Positions 9,824-18,913 of a DNA stretch of 64,000 bases are shown one piece after another. The position numbers were made by a program, and so were the translations under genes. The DNA is taken from IMG/VR virus record IMGVR_UViG_3300034062_002951. The stretch is one strand, 5' to 3'. Every line of letters begins with the position of its first letter. The first letter of the stretch is position 1. The notes under the pieces were generated by a model. It ran no database searches and was not told the origin of the DNA. It saw only the letters and a list, made by a program, of their open reading frames with translations. The stretch comes from an uncultured virus (IMG/VR IMGVR_UViG_3300034062_002951). Its lineage: Duplodnaviria > Heunggongvirae > Uroviricota > Caudoviricetes.

Positions 9824-10804
9824 TTACTGGATAACCCAGCGTGAGCCAGATGCAACTGTTACCGCCGCACCGCCTGAAACCGTTATCGGACCTGCCGACA
9901 TACCTGAAAAGCCAGCCGCAATCGTATAGCTCGTAGCCACAGTCAGGCTGTTCACGACGATGCCGTTGGATGCAACAGGAACCCTTGCTTTAAGTTCACC
10001 AGTGCTTGGCTTGTACAAAAGAAACGCATTGCCTGTGAACAGGGTTGATGCCGTTCCAGTCGTAGCGTTTGCAAACAGTGGGAATACATCGGTTGCTGTG
10101 CTGGTGTCATTGCTCAGTGCCGCACCACCCACAGAAGCCCATGCAGTGCCGTTGTAGCCCTCAAACTCAGTTGTGGTAGTGTTGAAGCGCAACATACCGC
10201 TTGTTGCAGTAGGGCGCTCGCCAGTCGTTCCCTTGCTGATGGTCAACGCACCAGTTGATGAGAATGTTGAGTCCAACGTAGCTGTCAATGCGCCCGTTAC
10301 CGCAAGCGTTGTGCCATTCCATGTCAGGTTGGCAGAGCCTCCCAGCACACCGCTGTTATTAAACTGAACCTGCGTGTTTGACCCTGCTGCATTTGCAATC
10401 GTTGAACTGGTCTTGATAAAGTCAACGCCGTTCCAAGCGCAGACCGCAGATTCACCTGCAATGATCGTGACACCGGTTGTTGGACCAACGCCCACCAGCT
10501 TGATTGACTGAGTGCTAGAGGTCTTATTGATGACCACATAGGCCTTTGACTGCGCTGGCGCAGTGATGGTTCGCAGGGTTGTCCCACCCGCCGTCCACAA
10601 AATAATCGCCTGCCGGGCCTGGTTTGCAGCCCCAGAAGTCGTTGTCAGGGTTACGTCTGCGTCGGAACTCAGCGTGGTGGTGCCCGCTACAGCGGTATCC
10701 AACAGACTGGTAATCTCGTCGTTGACTACTGTTCCCCAGGTATTGGCTTCCGTCCCTGTGACGGGTTTGGCTAGGCCAAGAAGGGTGGTGTAATTGATTG
10801 TCAT
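9824..10804 (-). CDS. Tail fibre anchor / tail structural protein
   Basis: 326 aa, Thr/Gly-rich, with GTEANTWG N-terminus and GMLRFNTT..FEGY.GTAW module. Confidence 0.7.
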   Translation of the reverse strand: MTINYTTLLGLAKPVTGTEANTWGTVVNDEITSLLDTAVAGTTTLSSDADVTLTTTSGAANQARQAIILWTAGGTTLRTITAPAQSKAYVVINKTSSTQSIKLVGVGPTTGVTIIAGESAVCAWNGVDFIKTSSTIANAAGSNTQVQFNNSGVLGGSANLTWNGTTLAVTGALTATLDSTFSSTGALTISKGTTGERPTATSGMLRFNTTTTEFEGYNGTAWASVGGAALSNDTSTATDVFPLFANATTGTASTLFTGNAFLLYKPSTGELKARVPVASNGIVVNSLTVATSYTIAAGFSGMSAGPITVSGGAAVTVASGSRWVIQ

Positions 10805-10814
10805 CTTGTTTTCC

Positions 10815-11711
10815 TCATGCCGCTATGCGCGTCCACACGTTTGCTTGTGCATCATTAACTTCGACCCAACCAGGAGACTGTGAATCATTGACATTTTGCC
10901 AGTTAACTGATTGGCTGTCATCAACAATTGACCAAACCAGAACCCCGCCAACTTGGCCAATCCCTTGTACGCCTGTGACGTTGACTTGAGCGCCAATCCC
11001 CACCGATACCGACCCAACGCTGCCCGTGGCCGATAGGCCCACAACCGTGACAACCCGTACGATTTCGATGACAACGCTTCCAACCGCCCCTGTCGCTTCA
11101 ACGCCTGTAAGGGAAACATTAGCGTCCCCAGCAAAGTCAACCGATCCAACCTGGCCAGTCGCCTCCACCCCTGTCGCAAAGACATCAGCATTCGCAGCAA
11201 CCGTGGTTGCCCCGACAAAGCCTGTGGCCTCAACTCCCGTGAGGACGACACTTGCTCCAATGCTGACGGAGACTGATCCAACGTCGCCTGTTCCAGATAC
11301 TCCCGTGAGCGATACATTGGCTTCACCTGCGACTGTTGCCGCACCGACAAAGCCTGTGGCAGATACCCCTGTAAGCGATACATTGGCGCTTGTATTGACT
11401 GTGACCGATCCAACGTCGCCTGTTCCAGACACCCCGGTGAGACTGACGTTAGCCTCTCCAACAACAGTGGCCGTACCAACAAAGCCTGTGGCTGAAACGC
11501 CTGTAAGGGTGACATTCGCGTCTGCCGTAACGGTAACTGCGCCAATTTGGCCCGTTGCAGAGACCCCTGTGACATCGACATTGGCGTCCGCTGCCACTGT
11601 GGCCGTACCGACCTCACCTGTTGCAGACAGCGTGACCGCACCCTCGCCCCAGGGGGCCTCGCCCCAGGCTTGACTGCCAAATCCACCAAGTGCAATCCGT
11701 ACATCGGCCAC
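10815..11711 (-). CDS. Repeat-containing virion structural protein (22-aa repeats)
   Basis: About 11 copies of VxLTGVxATGxVGxxxVxxxAN. Confidence 0.75.
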   Translation of the reverse strand: MADVRIALGGFGSQAWGEAPWGEGAVTLSATGEVGTATVAADANVDVTGVSATGQIGAVTVTADANVTLTGVSATGFVGTATVVGEANVSLTGVSGTGDVGSVTVNTSANVSLTGVSATGFVGAATVAGEANVSLTGVSGTGDVGSVSVSIGASVVLTGVEATGFVGATTVAANADVFATGVEATGQVGSVDFAGDANVSLTGVEATGAVGSVVIEIVRVVTVVGLSATGSVGSVSVGIGAQVNVTGVQGIGQVGGVLVWSIVDDSQSVNWQNVNDSQSPGWVEVNDAQANVWTRIAA

Positions 11712-11720
11712 TTACGCCTC

Positions 11721-12158
11721 TTAGGCAATACGAAGTATTGCGTTTGTTGCGTCAGCAGTTGGGAAGATGATGGTGAAAGTGCCCGCACTAGAGCTCTTTG
11801 AGCCACCAAAATCAAGAATACATACCGAAGGGTCACCTGCGGCACTGTCGTTGTAAATCATCGCTCCAAAGGCCGTGATCGTGGCACTGGTAAACGACAA
11901 ATCCGCAAAGTCCGTGAAAGCAGTCGTACCGGAAGACGTTGGTGTTACGTTTGTCAACGCACCGCCGCCGGCCGAGTATGTGCCTGATGCAGATACCTCA
12001 TTGGAAGCAGTGTATGCAGTTGTTGCCGCTGTAAAAGAGGCACTGTTGTCATACATTGCCAGCTTGAAAGTGTTTCCAGTGCCGGTCGTAAAGTTGTGTA
12101 CGCCTTTCATCAGCTCCACTTTGAAGCTGGTACACATGAAATTTCCTGAAAATGCCAT
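11721..12158 (-). CDS. Virion structural protein (145 aa)
   Basis: CTSFKVEL..HNF..FKLAMY..LDFGG; lies in the tail operon with a good RBS. Confidence 0.7.
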   Translation of the reverse strand: MAFSGNFMCTSFKVELMKGVHNFTTGTGNTFKLAMYDNSASFTAATTAYTASNEVSASGTYSAGGGALTNVTPTSSGTTAFTDFADLSFTSATITAFGAMIYNDSAAGDPSVCILDFGGSKSSSAGTFTIIFPTADATNAILRIA

Positions 12159-12160
12159 TT

Positions 12161-12448
12161 TTAATCTCCTAACAAATGAACGAGGTTGGAATGACCTGCT
12201 TCACGCAGGCGGATTGCGATAGTTGCCCTATCTTGATTTACCGCTTCTTCAAGATAGGCCTTGATGACGGATCGCACAGCGCCCCGAAAAGCCACGGCCT
12301 GTTCTCGAATTGCTGGATGTGACTCACTTCCAACGTAAATAATCTTTTCAATAGCCCGGTCGGCCAACTCGTCAGGAGTCCAGCCACGTCCATTGGTGGT
12401 AGCGACGCTTACGCCGCTTAGTAACACAGGGGATTGGGTTCCTATCAT
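12161..12448 (-). CDS. Hypothetical protein (95 aa)
   Basis: Tightly coupled ORF in the structural operon. Confidence 0.7.
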   Translation of the reverse strand: MIGTQSPVLLSGVSVATTNGRGWTPDELADRAIEKIIYVGSESHPAIREQAVAFRGAVRSVIKAYLEEAVNQDRATIAIRLREAGHSNLVHLLGD

Positions 12449-13101
12449 GGTCCAGGTGTCTCCGATTTAAGTTGAACACGTACCATGCCATCACGATACT
12501 CATCACGACGGCGACGGCCTTGCTGCTCAATACCCAGCCCTTGAAGAGCTTGTTTGTAGCTTGCGTCAAAGGTGGCCATCATGTCAGGCGGTCCTTTGGT
12601 ATAGCTATATGCTTGGATCAAACAGGCATAGAACAACGCCTCAGGAGCGTTTGTGCTGATCCATGTCGTGTTGTTCGTCGAAGAAAGCTGGGGAGGACGA
12701 TAGATATAGCCCATTTCCGCAACAAACGCAGCGTTTGGAGTCGGGGCGATATAGAAAGTGTTTTGGTCCCACACGGAATAGTATTTGGGAATGCCTGTTG
12801 TGGCACCGTTTGGCCAATACTCTTTCATGAAGGACGTATCGCGAAAGTCCAAAAAGATTTGGTCCGTGCCAGAGGTGATCATCAAGTAACGATGAGTCAA
12901 GATATCGCTTGGCGCAGACAAAAACTTGTTGCCACTGGTCATGTTGCCAGTCACTTCAAGCTTAAAGACATCCAAATCGATGTCCCTCAAAATTCTGTTC
13001 TCTGCAAAAGTAATGAACGTGTTTATTACCGCCGGAGTAAAGACGTTCGCGTCCACTTCGGTGTAATTTCGTATGTTTGTTACAAGTTCATCGTATGTCA
13101 T
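12445..13101 (-). CDS. Head-tail connector/adaptor-like protein
   Basis: 218 aa, MTYDELVTNIRNY..AENRI..G.PKYY..APTP; position fits an adaptor. Confidence 0.65.
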   Translation of the reverse strand: MTYDELVTNIRNYTEVDANVFTPAVINTFITFAENRILRDIDLDVFKLEVTGNMTSGNKFLSAPSDILTHRYLMITSGTDQIFLDFRDTSFMKEYWPNGATTGIPKYYSVWDQNTFYIAPTPNAAFVAEMGYIYRPPQLSSTNNTTWISTNAPEALFYACLIQAYSYTKGPPDMMATFDASYKQALQGLGIEQQGRRRRDEYRDGMVRVQLKSETPGP

Positions 13102-13448
13102 GATGTTTGCACCGTTACAGAGCCAACTACTCCTTGAGCAATCAAGGCCTTATCCTCTATGTAGGGACGCATGTCATTGGTGTTTCTCGCCGTCCCAAAA
13201 CTCTGGAAAGCTGAAAAACCAGGTGCACCTACAAAGACAGATACAGGTTCAATTCTATCTGGCCTTGGCTCATAAAGGGCGATTGCATCGCCTCTATATT
13301 TCAAAGGCTCAAGCTGTGGTTCCTTGGGCTCGTAATCATCTGGACAGACCTTGAATCCACGCCAGTTCTTGCGAAGCACGTTGTATTCATATCGCTGGCC
13401 GCAGTAATCACACAGGCCATATGAAAATTTACCTGTTGCGAAGGCCAT
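13098..13448 (-). CDS. Small Cys-containing structural-operon protein
   Basis: CDYCG...CPDDYEPK and PRPD motifs. Confidence 0.7.
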   Translation of the reverse strand: MAFATGKFSYGLCDYCGQRYEYNVLRKNWRGFKVCPDDYEPKEPQLEPLKYRGDAIALYEPRPDRIEPVSVFVGAPGFSAFQSFGTARNTNDMRPYIEDKALIAQGVVGSVTVQTS

Positions 13449-13451
13449 GTG

Positions 13452-14117
13452 TCACACCCCTAAGTCAGGAACAAAGCTGACGCTGGCAATGTCTCTGTCT
13501 TCCATCCCGGCGCGCAAGAAATCTTCTTCGTAGATAGTCTTGAGCGCGCCTGTGCGCTCGGGCGCGTACTTGAGGGAGATGTAGTACGCCAGTCCTGATG
13601 TCAGGCATGGCAAGAATCTGAAGTTGACGTCTGATGTGTTGGTGTACGCGCCAGCGTCTTGGATGCGGCGAATCCTGTAGTACACAAACGTGTAGTTCTG
13701 GTCGGCCGCAGGATAGAAAAACACCTTTGGCACGTTCGTTCTCTGCACGTAGTACTGAGCCGGGCGTGCCTGGGATGTTTTGTCAGGGATGTTTAAGTAC
13801 TCAGAGCGACTGATACGGTCAATTGTGATGTCCGTCAAGATGCCCTGAGAAGGGTCTCGAATGACAGCAGACAAAACGTTAACGGTGTCTGTAGCCAACG
13901 ATATCTCATTGATACCCTGCGTGATGGCATAGGTGGCTTGCTCAATCGTCCAAAGGTTCAGGCCCCTGTTCGCCCAATCCAGGAACAACAGATTGAGAGA
14001 GCGGCGCGCAGACTTAAGCTGGTAGCCGTTTGTGCCACGTATGCCGCATCTCTCAAATGCTTCTTCGATCAAGTCATCGATTGACAGATCAAAGGTGGTT
14101 GTTCCTGAAGTTGTCAT
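13452..14117 (-). CDS. Head-tail adaptor / tail tubular protein A-like
   Basis: IEEAFERCG..ARRSLNLLFLDWANRGLNLW..RFLPCLTSGLAYY. Confidence 0.7.
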   Translation of the reverse strand: MTTSGTTTFDLSIDDLIEEAFERCGIRGTNGYQLKSARRSLNLLFLDWANRGLNLWTIEQATYAITQGINEISLATDTVNVLSAVIRDPSQGILTDITIDRISRSEYLNIPDKTSQARPAQYYVQRTNVPKVFFYPAADQNYTFVYYRIRRIQDAGAYTNTSDVNFRFLPCLTSGLAYYISLKYAPERTGALKTIYEEDFLRAGMEDRDIASVSFVPDLGV

Positions 14118-14782
14118 TCTTTGTATAAATTATCAAAGGTTTGAGCCGCATCCATGTACGAGTCATCTTGCTCTGCACAGTGTATCCACTGACTAGGCCT
14201 AAAGTCAGGTGCACCCTCTCCGGTCTGCCAAAAAGCAGGGCTCGTTACTCGAACCCTATTGTTTGGCAGTGCCACAATATTACCTGTCCACTTGCCTGCA
14301 TCCGTCAAAGTCAAAACATGACTTTGTTTGTGTTGCGCAGGGCAGTCCGCTACTTCGCTCTCCGCGTAGTCCACCGTGAACATGTATCTTCCGGTGTAAA
14401 ACTCGCCATCAATCTTGCATAACCACGGACTAGGGCTGGTGCGCGCAAATTTTATTACTGTGTGGGTGTGAGAAGGGCAGTCCCAAGGCTGTGCCAAGTG
14501 TGTAGGCATGCGCTCGGGCCACTCTTCTAGAGGAATATCCCCCACCAATGCAGTAATAGGCATTCTTGCCCACATTGCCCCGCCATGAACGTTCTCTGAC
14601 CCGTCTACGTGGCTTTCACACCCTGTAAAAACAAGTTGAAAACTCAAGCAACGATCCGGCATGACATTTACTGCAATAGCATTTGCATGTAAATACTCGC
14701 CTTGGTACTTCTGATGCATGTGCGTAAACTCACGTCTAACCCAGCATTTGAAATACGGAATGTTGCTTACAAGATATGACAT
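14114..14782 (-). CDS. Phage protein of unknown function with Cys/His motifs (222 aa)
   Basis: GGAMWARMPITAL, QPWDC, HKQSH and PNNR motifs; coupled to both neighbours. Confidence 0.75.
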   Translation of the reverse strand: MSYLVSNIPYFKCWVRREFTHMHQKYQGEYLHANAIAVNVMPDRCLSFQLVFTGCESHVDGSENVHGGAMWARMPITALVGDIPLEEWPERMPTHLAQPWDCPSHTHTVIKFARTSPSPWLCKIDGEFYTGRYMFTVDYAESEVADCPAQHKQSHVLTLTDAGKWTGNIVALPNNRVRVTSPAFWQTGEGAPDFRPSQWIHCAEQDDSYMDAAQTFDNLYKE

Positions 14783-15015
14783 TATTTAGTTTTTTTGCCG
14801 CCAGACATCATGCCTTTAGACATTTTCTTGGCAGCACCGCCGGCCGCGTAGCCCTTGGACATCATGCCACCGGCCATCATGCCTTTAGCCATGCCACCCT
14901 TGGCCATCATGGGGACACCCGTAGAGGTGCTTGTCTCAGAGATCATTTTGTTTTTTGGGCCGCTCTCAACAGCACCACCACCGCGAGTTGCGGCACCCAT
15001 TCCACGTCCAGCCAT
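14782..15015 (-). CDS. Met/Lys/Gly-rich small protein with repeated xxGG motifs
   Basis: MMAKGGMAKGMMAGGMMSKGYAAGG...MMSGG. Confidence 0.75.
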   Translation of the reverse strand: MAGRGMGAATRGGGAVESGPKNKMISETSTSTGVPMMAKGGMAKGMMAGGMMSKGYAAGGAAKKMSKGMMSGGKKTK

Positions 15016-15016
15016 G

Positions 15017-15190
15017 TTATTTCCCCTTTTTCATTGCGCGACCCATAGAGTCACTGGTTTTAGTCTTCATAGCACGTCCAGCTTTATCTGCCATGCCGCC
15101 CTTCTTCATCTTGCCAATCTTGTCAGCAGCAAAGGCTGGGACCTTCTTGCCGTCCTTCATGACCATCTTCATCTTTGTGGTTGTCGCCAT
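15017..15190 (-). CDS. Lys/Met-rich small protein (57 aa)
   Basis: Manual translation MATTTKMKMVMKDGKKVPAFAADKIGKMKKGGMADKAGRAMK...; AGGAG RBS. Confidence 0.75.
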   Translation of the reverse strand: MATTTKMKMVMKDGKKVPAFAADKIGKMKKGGMADKAGRAMKTKTSDSMGRAMKKGK

Positions 15191-15199
15191 CACTGCTCC

Positions 15200-15451
15200 T
15201 TACTTTGCTTGTTGAATAAGTTGATCAATTTTTGCTTCAAGACGATTAAAGCGTTGGTCAATGTGGTCAGTAACTCTTTGCACTTCTGAATTAGTTGCGT
15301 AATCACGGGCAATCTCCTCGCGTGTTTTGTTTAACAAAATGTCTATCCGCTTGAGCTCGTCAAATTTTTCACGAATGAAAAACCACAATCCGCCAATTGC
15401 GGCAGATAAAACGGCGGACCAGATTAAGTTAATGTCCATCAGCATTTCCAT
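15200..15451 (-). CDS. Single-TM plus coiled-coil protein (possible holin-type lysis accessory)
   Basis: Hydrophobic N-terminus LIWSAVLSAAIGGLWFFI followed by a heptad-rich tail. Confidence 0.5.
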   Translation of the reverse strand: MEMLMDINLIWSAVLSAAIGGLWFFIREKFDELKRIDILLNKTREEIARDYATNSEVQRVTDHIDQRFNRLEAKIDQLIQQAK

Positions 15452-15693
15452 CTTGCTAGGGCAGCCGCCTTACGGGTAGGCTTGCCTTTTTCATCTTTCA
15501 TTGGCCCCGGCATACCGGACATTCGAGCGCAAAAAGACTTCTTGCGCGCGCCACCTTTAGGCTGGGGGGCTTTCAAATTACTTCCTGTTGCCGCGTTGTA
15601 CTTAGCACGGCCCTTGGCAGTCAAACCCGCCCCCTTGGAAATGGGCAATTTCTCGCCGCGACCAACCGAAAGGGAGGGCGCTTTCTTGGCCAT
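15439..15693 (-). CDS. Small basic phage protein
   Basis: GAGLTAKGRAKYN..RKKSFCARM..ALARWKC. Confidence 0.7.
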   Translation of the reverse strand: MAKKAPSLSVGRGEKLPISKGAGLTAKGRAKYNAATGSNLKAPQPKGGARKKSFCARMSGMPGPMKDEKGKPTRKAAALARWKC

Positions 15694-15995
15694 TACTGCG
15701 CTGCTCCACCATAGAAGAACAAGGTCACGCTGGTAACGTCTGCGCCAGAAACATCAATAAACACTCCTGAGTCAAAGACAATGCCCATATCCGGAAGGAT
15801 AAGGTCAGTGGCTCCGGCCGCAGCAGGCGTATTGATGGTCACCAGGGCAGTGCCTGCGGTAGTGCTGCCGTTCTTTAAGCTAAAGGACGCAGCCGTAGCC
15901 GTGTTTGTAAAGTAAACGCCAGCTACCCTTGTACGACCCGCAATTGCATGACCATCGGCAGTCTTTGTGACTGCCTGAATATTGCTGTTGCTCAT
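15693..15995 (-). CDS. Small beta-rich structural protein (100 aa)
   Basis: Coupled ORF in the head operon. Confidence 0.7.
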   Translation of the reverse strand: MSNSNIQAVTKTADGHAIAGRTRVAGVYFTNTATAASFSLKNGSTTAGTALVTINTPAAAGATDLILPDMGIVFDSGVFIDVSGADVTSVTLFFYGGAAQ

Positions 15996-15996
15996 G

Positions 15997-16182
15997 TCAT
16001 TCCCCCGTTTTTGTACTCTGTGTCCGTGAATCAGGAGGGTCCATACGACTGATTTCGGTCAGTAGAACATCCACCATTGCAATTGCCCCGTTTGCCTGTT
16101 GGATGAGGTCCAGATACTTTTGCCTTTGCTCAAGTGCCTGATTCCTCAAACCCATCAGGTATTCCTCGTCCAACGCAGCCAT
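15997..16182 (-). CDS. Hypothetical protein (61 aa)
   Basis: Coupled helical ORF. Confidence 0.65.
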   Translation of the reverse strand: MAALDEEYLMGLRNQALEQRQKYLDLIQQANGAIAMVDVLLTEISRMDPPDSRTQSTKTGE

Positions 16183-16754
16183 TAGGCGTTGAAGTTAGCG
16201 GCAGTAGCAGCCAAGAGGTAGTAGTCACTACCTGCAATCTTGACACGCAAGCCATGGGTGATTTCATTCACGTTGGTGATCGTGCCAGTTGCAGCCAACT
16301 TAGCGCCTGCAACAGTGACACCGGCCAAGTTCAACAAATAGCCGTTGGTATCGACAGTCGCTTTGCCTGTGCCGTTAACCGAAGCGTAAATCAGCGAAGT
16401 TGTTGTGCCAGTAGAAGCACCAGAACCAGCGTTCAACTCGATCTCAACAGGGGAGTAGGTGCCAGAAGAGGTACCGGCAGAAAGGGTCAACTCAGCAACA
16501 AAGGCTGAACCTAGACCAGCCGTGCTACCAGTAGCACCGTAAGTGACTTCGGCTTTCAGGGCGTTAGAAAACGAACCCAGAGCGACGTTAGTGTCCATCT
16601 GGAACAAGGTGCGTCCGCCCGTGCCGCCAGCACCCGTCATTGTGACGGCAGTGGTGTTCGCGTTAAAGGCGGAGGCACCAGTGGAAGAATTAGAAATTGT
16701 GGTGAGAAAGCCGTTTTGCGAAGCAACTGGGCCGGAGAAGGTGGTTAATGCCAT
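16182..16754 (-). CDS. Capsid decoration / head fibre-like protein
   Basis: MALTTFSGPVAS N-terminus, Thr/Gly/Ala-rich, immediately downstream of the major capsid gene. Confidence 0.6.
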   Translation of the reverse strand: MALTTFSGPVASQNGFLTTISNSSTGASAFNANTTAVTMTGAGGTGGRTLFQMDTNVALGSFSNALKAEVTYGATGSTAGLGSAFVAELTLSAGTSSGTYSPVEIELNAGSGASTGTTTSLIYASVNGTGKATVDTNGYLLNLAGVTVAGAKLAATGTITNVNEITHGLRVKIAGSDYYLLAATAANFNA

Positions 16755-16766
16755 GATTTTTTCCTT

Positions 16767-16834
16767 ACATGCAAGTTAGGCGTATCTGTCTGCATGTCGT
16801 CAGCCGGGACTGTCAGATACACCGGAAAGCCCGG
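16767..16834 (-). ncRNA. Candidate double-pseudoknot leader RNA
   Basis: Three interleaved stems: CCGGGCU/AGUCCCGG, GGUGUAUCUG/CAGAUACGCC and ACAUGCA/UGCAUGU, ending next to the AAGGA RBS. Confidence 0.55.
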
Positions 16835-16853
16835 AATGTGCTCAATATACACC

Positions 16854-16883
16854 AAAAGAAAAAGGGGCACAAGGCCCCTTTTT
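16854..16883 (-). terminator. Rho-independent terminator after the major capsid gene, overlapping a TTGTGC-17-TATATT promoter
   Basis: AAGGGGC-CTTGT-GCCCCTT followed by a T-rich run. Confidence 0.75.
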
Positions 16884-16898
16884 CCATTTACTCGACCA

Positions 16899-17807
16899 TT
16901 AGGCCGCGCCAGGCGAACCGAACATGCCGCGTGGATCGCTGAAGCCGAAGCTGTAGCGTTCACGTGCCTTGTAACGGACGTTGCCGGTGTCGAAGTCGCC
17001 TTCAAAACCAGTCTTCAGAGACACACGTGTGAACATCTTCATGCCGTTAGGTGCGTCAGTCTTGATGAAGTACGCATCTGGATCGGTAAGGAAGTTGTTG
17101 ACTGTGTAGCCTTGAGGCACCATGCCCATGTTGCGAATGGCGTTGATGTCGTTGTCAGCAGTACCAACACGCAAAGTTGATTTCAAAATGCGATCTGCGG
17201 TAAATTGCAGTTCCTTAGGAATAATCAACTTCAAGCCTTGGACAGCGATCTTCAAGCCACGCTCATCGGTAAACGCAGAGATGTCAATCAATGACTGCTC
17301 CAAGGAGGTCTCAGACAAGTCCGCAGCTGTTGCCAGTGTGTTGGACAAGTTAGGGCCACTCAAAGTAGGGTGATTGGTTGCGCACAGAGCAACACCGTCG
17401 CCACCGATAGAGGTAGTGAAAGCGCCGTTCAGGATGGCAGCAGCTTTGATCTGCTTGGTTTGCGCCATAGAGCGTGCCAAAGCACGTGTATAGCGAGCAC
17501 CAAGGCGGTCATAGAGGTTGTCCTCTACGGCTTCTTCAGTCAAGGAGAAGGCCAAAGCAATGGTCTCGTGTGTGTAACGAGCTGTGTAGACCTCTTGCGC
17601 CTGGTCGTACGCGACGCCAGAGCCTTCAGTTTTCACAGGGGCTTCACCAAAACCCGATTCCATCACCTCTTCTTCAAACGCGCGGTCTGAAGTTTCGATT
17701 GAATAGATTTGGGTGTGTTGGTTTTCGTAGTTTTTATACTCGAGGCCGAACAAGGCGTTTAAGCCTGGCTCAAGTTCCTTAACGAGTTGTGCGCGTGAAA
17801 TAGCCAT
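16899..17807 (-). CDS. Major capsid protein
   Basis: 302 aa, MAISRAQLVKELEPGLNALFG..YTHETIALAF..KARERYSFGFSDPR; strong codon bias and a downstream terminator. Confidence 0.9.
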   Translation of the reverse strand: MAISRAQLVKELEPGLNALFGLEYKNYENQHTQIYSIETSDRAFEEEVMESGFGEAPVKTEGSGVAYDQAQEVYTARYTHETIALAFSLTEEAVEDNLYDRLGARYTRALARSMAQTKQIKAAAILNGAFTTSIGGDGVALCATNHPTLSGPNLSNTLATAADLSETSLEQSLIDISAFTDERGLKIAVQGLKLIIPKELQFTADRILKSTLRVGTADNDINAIRNMGMVPQGYTVNNFLTDPDAYFIKTDAPNGMKMFTRVSLKTGFEGDFDTGNVRYKARERYSFGFSDPRGMFGSPGAA

Positions 17808-17824
17808 TTTTTAGTTCCTTTAAA

Positions 17825-18403
17825 TTAGGTCACAGCCTTGACGCCAGAGCTACCGTACAGATGCTCGTTGATTTTCACAACGATAACTGCAAAGTTGCCC
17901 AACTCATTGCCGGGGACGTTGTACAGGCCCACAATCTTCAGATTCAGCGCTGCTGTATCTGCGATGGTAGAAGAGTCGAGTTCCATTGTGGAAACACCTG
18001 TTGTGGTGCTACCGCCTGTGCCAACGACATCGGCGTTTTTGCCAATGTCAGCTTGCACAATGTCCTCGTCTGCCTGGATAAGAAACAACTGACTAGGATC
18101 GTCAATCACATCGGCAATGATCTTGCCAGAAGTAATGTTGACAGAGCCTGGGTAGAAGTTCTTAAACGTGGGCTTGCCGGTGGTGGGGTCAATGTAACTA
18201 CAGCCGTTAAAAACGCCCAAGGCCGCAGCATGCGTGGCCGGAAGAAATTTAACAACATAGCCTCCTACGATGGTGACTAGGTCACCTTGAAAAATTGCGC
18301 CAGCTTGGTTGTCCTCGATCTCGTAGCCATACTGCTTCTGGGCACCAGTAGCAGAAAGGTTACCGATCGGGCGAAAACCAAAGGCTTTATCGATGTTTGC
18401 CAT
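17825..18403 (-). CDS. Minor capsid/cement protein
   Basis: 192 aa beta-rich ORF between the scaffold region and the major capsid gene. Confidence 0.6.
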   Translation of the reverse strand: MANIDKAFGFRPIGNLSATGAQKQYGYEIEDNQAGAIFQGDLVTIVGGYVVKFLPATHAAALGVFNGCSYIDPTTGKPTFKNFYPGSVNITSGKIIADVIDDPSQLFLIQADEDIVQADIGKNADVVGTGGSTTTGVSTMELDSSTIADTAALNLKIVGLYNVPGNELGNFAVIVVKINEHLYGSSGVKAVT

Positions 18404-18427
18404 TTGATGATTCCTTTAAGAAAAAGA

Positions 18428-18910
18428 TTATTCGGCAGCCTTCGGGCCGCCGAAGCTGACTCGAGATTGCCGTGTGGGGCGTTGAATCTTCATTGAACTG
18501 TGAGCATTGCTCTTCATCAACTCATTATCAGCCGCCTGCATTTGATCATTCGCACGCTGGTGGTAATACGCATTACGCTCCTGAACGTTCTCTTCGGGAA
18601 TACGTGCTAAGAGAAGACCTCCCACGCTGATAACACCAGCATGTCGGCCGTCTTCAACAGATGGGACAGGGAAGTCAGGATACTCATCCGCACGAACCAG
18701 TTCATAACCCTCGCGGATTTTGCCTGCTACGTTTGTACGGTCTTCCTGACCTGCAATTTCTGCACGAATCCATCTGTGCCGTGTTCCCTCCAGAGGAGGT
18801 GGGGCATCTAGTCGAGAAGGAGGAGCCCAGGGCTTGCGGCGTGTTTCGCTTTCGCGAGTTGTAGCGCTACGCGCTTCACGATTTAAAGTGGGTACAAGGT
18901 TGTCTGTCAT
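18428..18910 (-). CDS. Head-module protein (160 aa)
   Basis: WAPPSRLDAP..HRWIR..REGYELV..GGLLLARIP. Confidence 0.7.
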   Translation of the reverse strand: MTDNLVPTLNREARSATTRESETRRKPWAPPSRLDAPPPLEGTRHRWIRAEIAGQEDRTNVAGKIREGYELVRADEYPDFPVPSVEDGRHAGVISVGGLLLARIPEENVQERNAYYHQRANDQMQAADNELMKSNAHSSMKIQRPTRQSRVSFGGPKAAE

Positions 18911-18913
18911 CTC

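Noticed and set aside
10823..11845. 340-aa alternative-frame ORF over the repeat protein
   Set aside because: Shadow of the repetitive Val/Thr/Gly codons; it overlaps two better genes and has no RBS.
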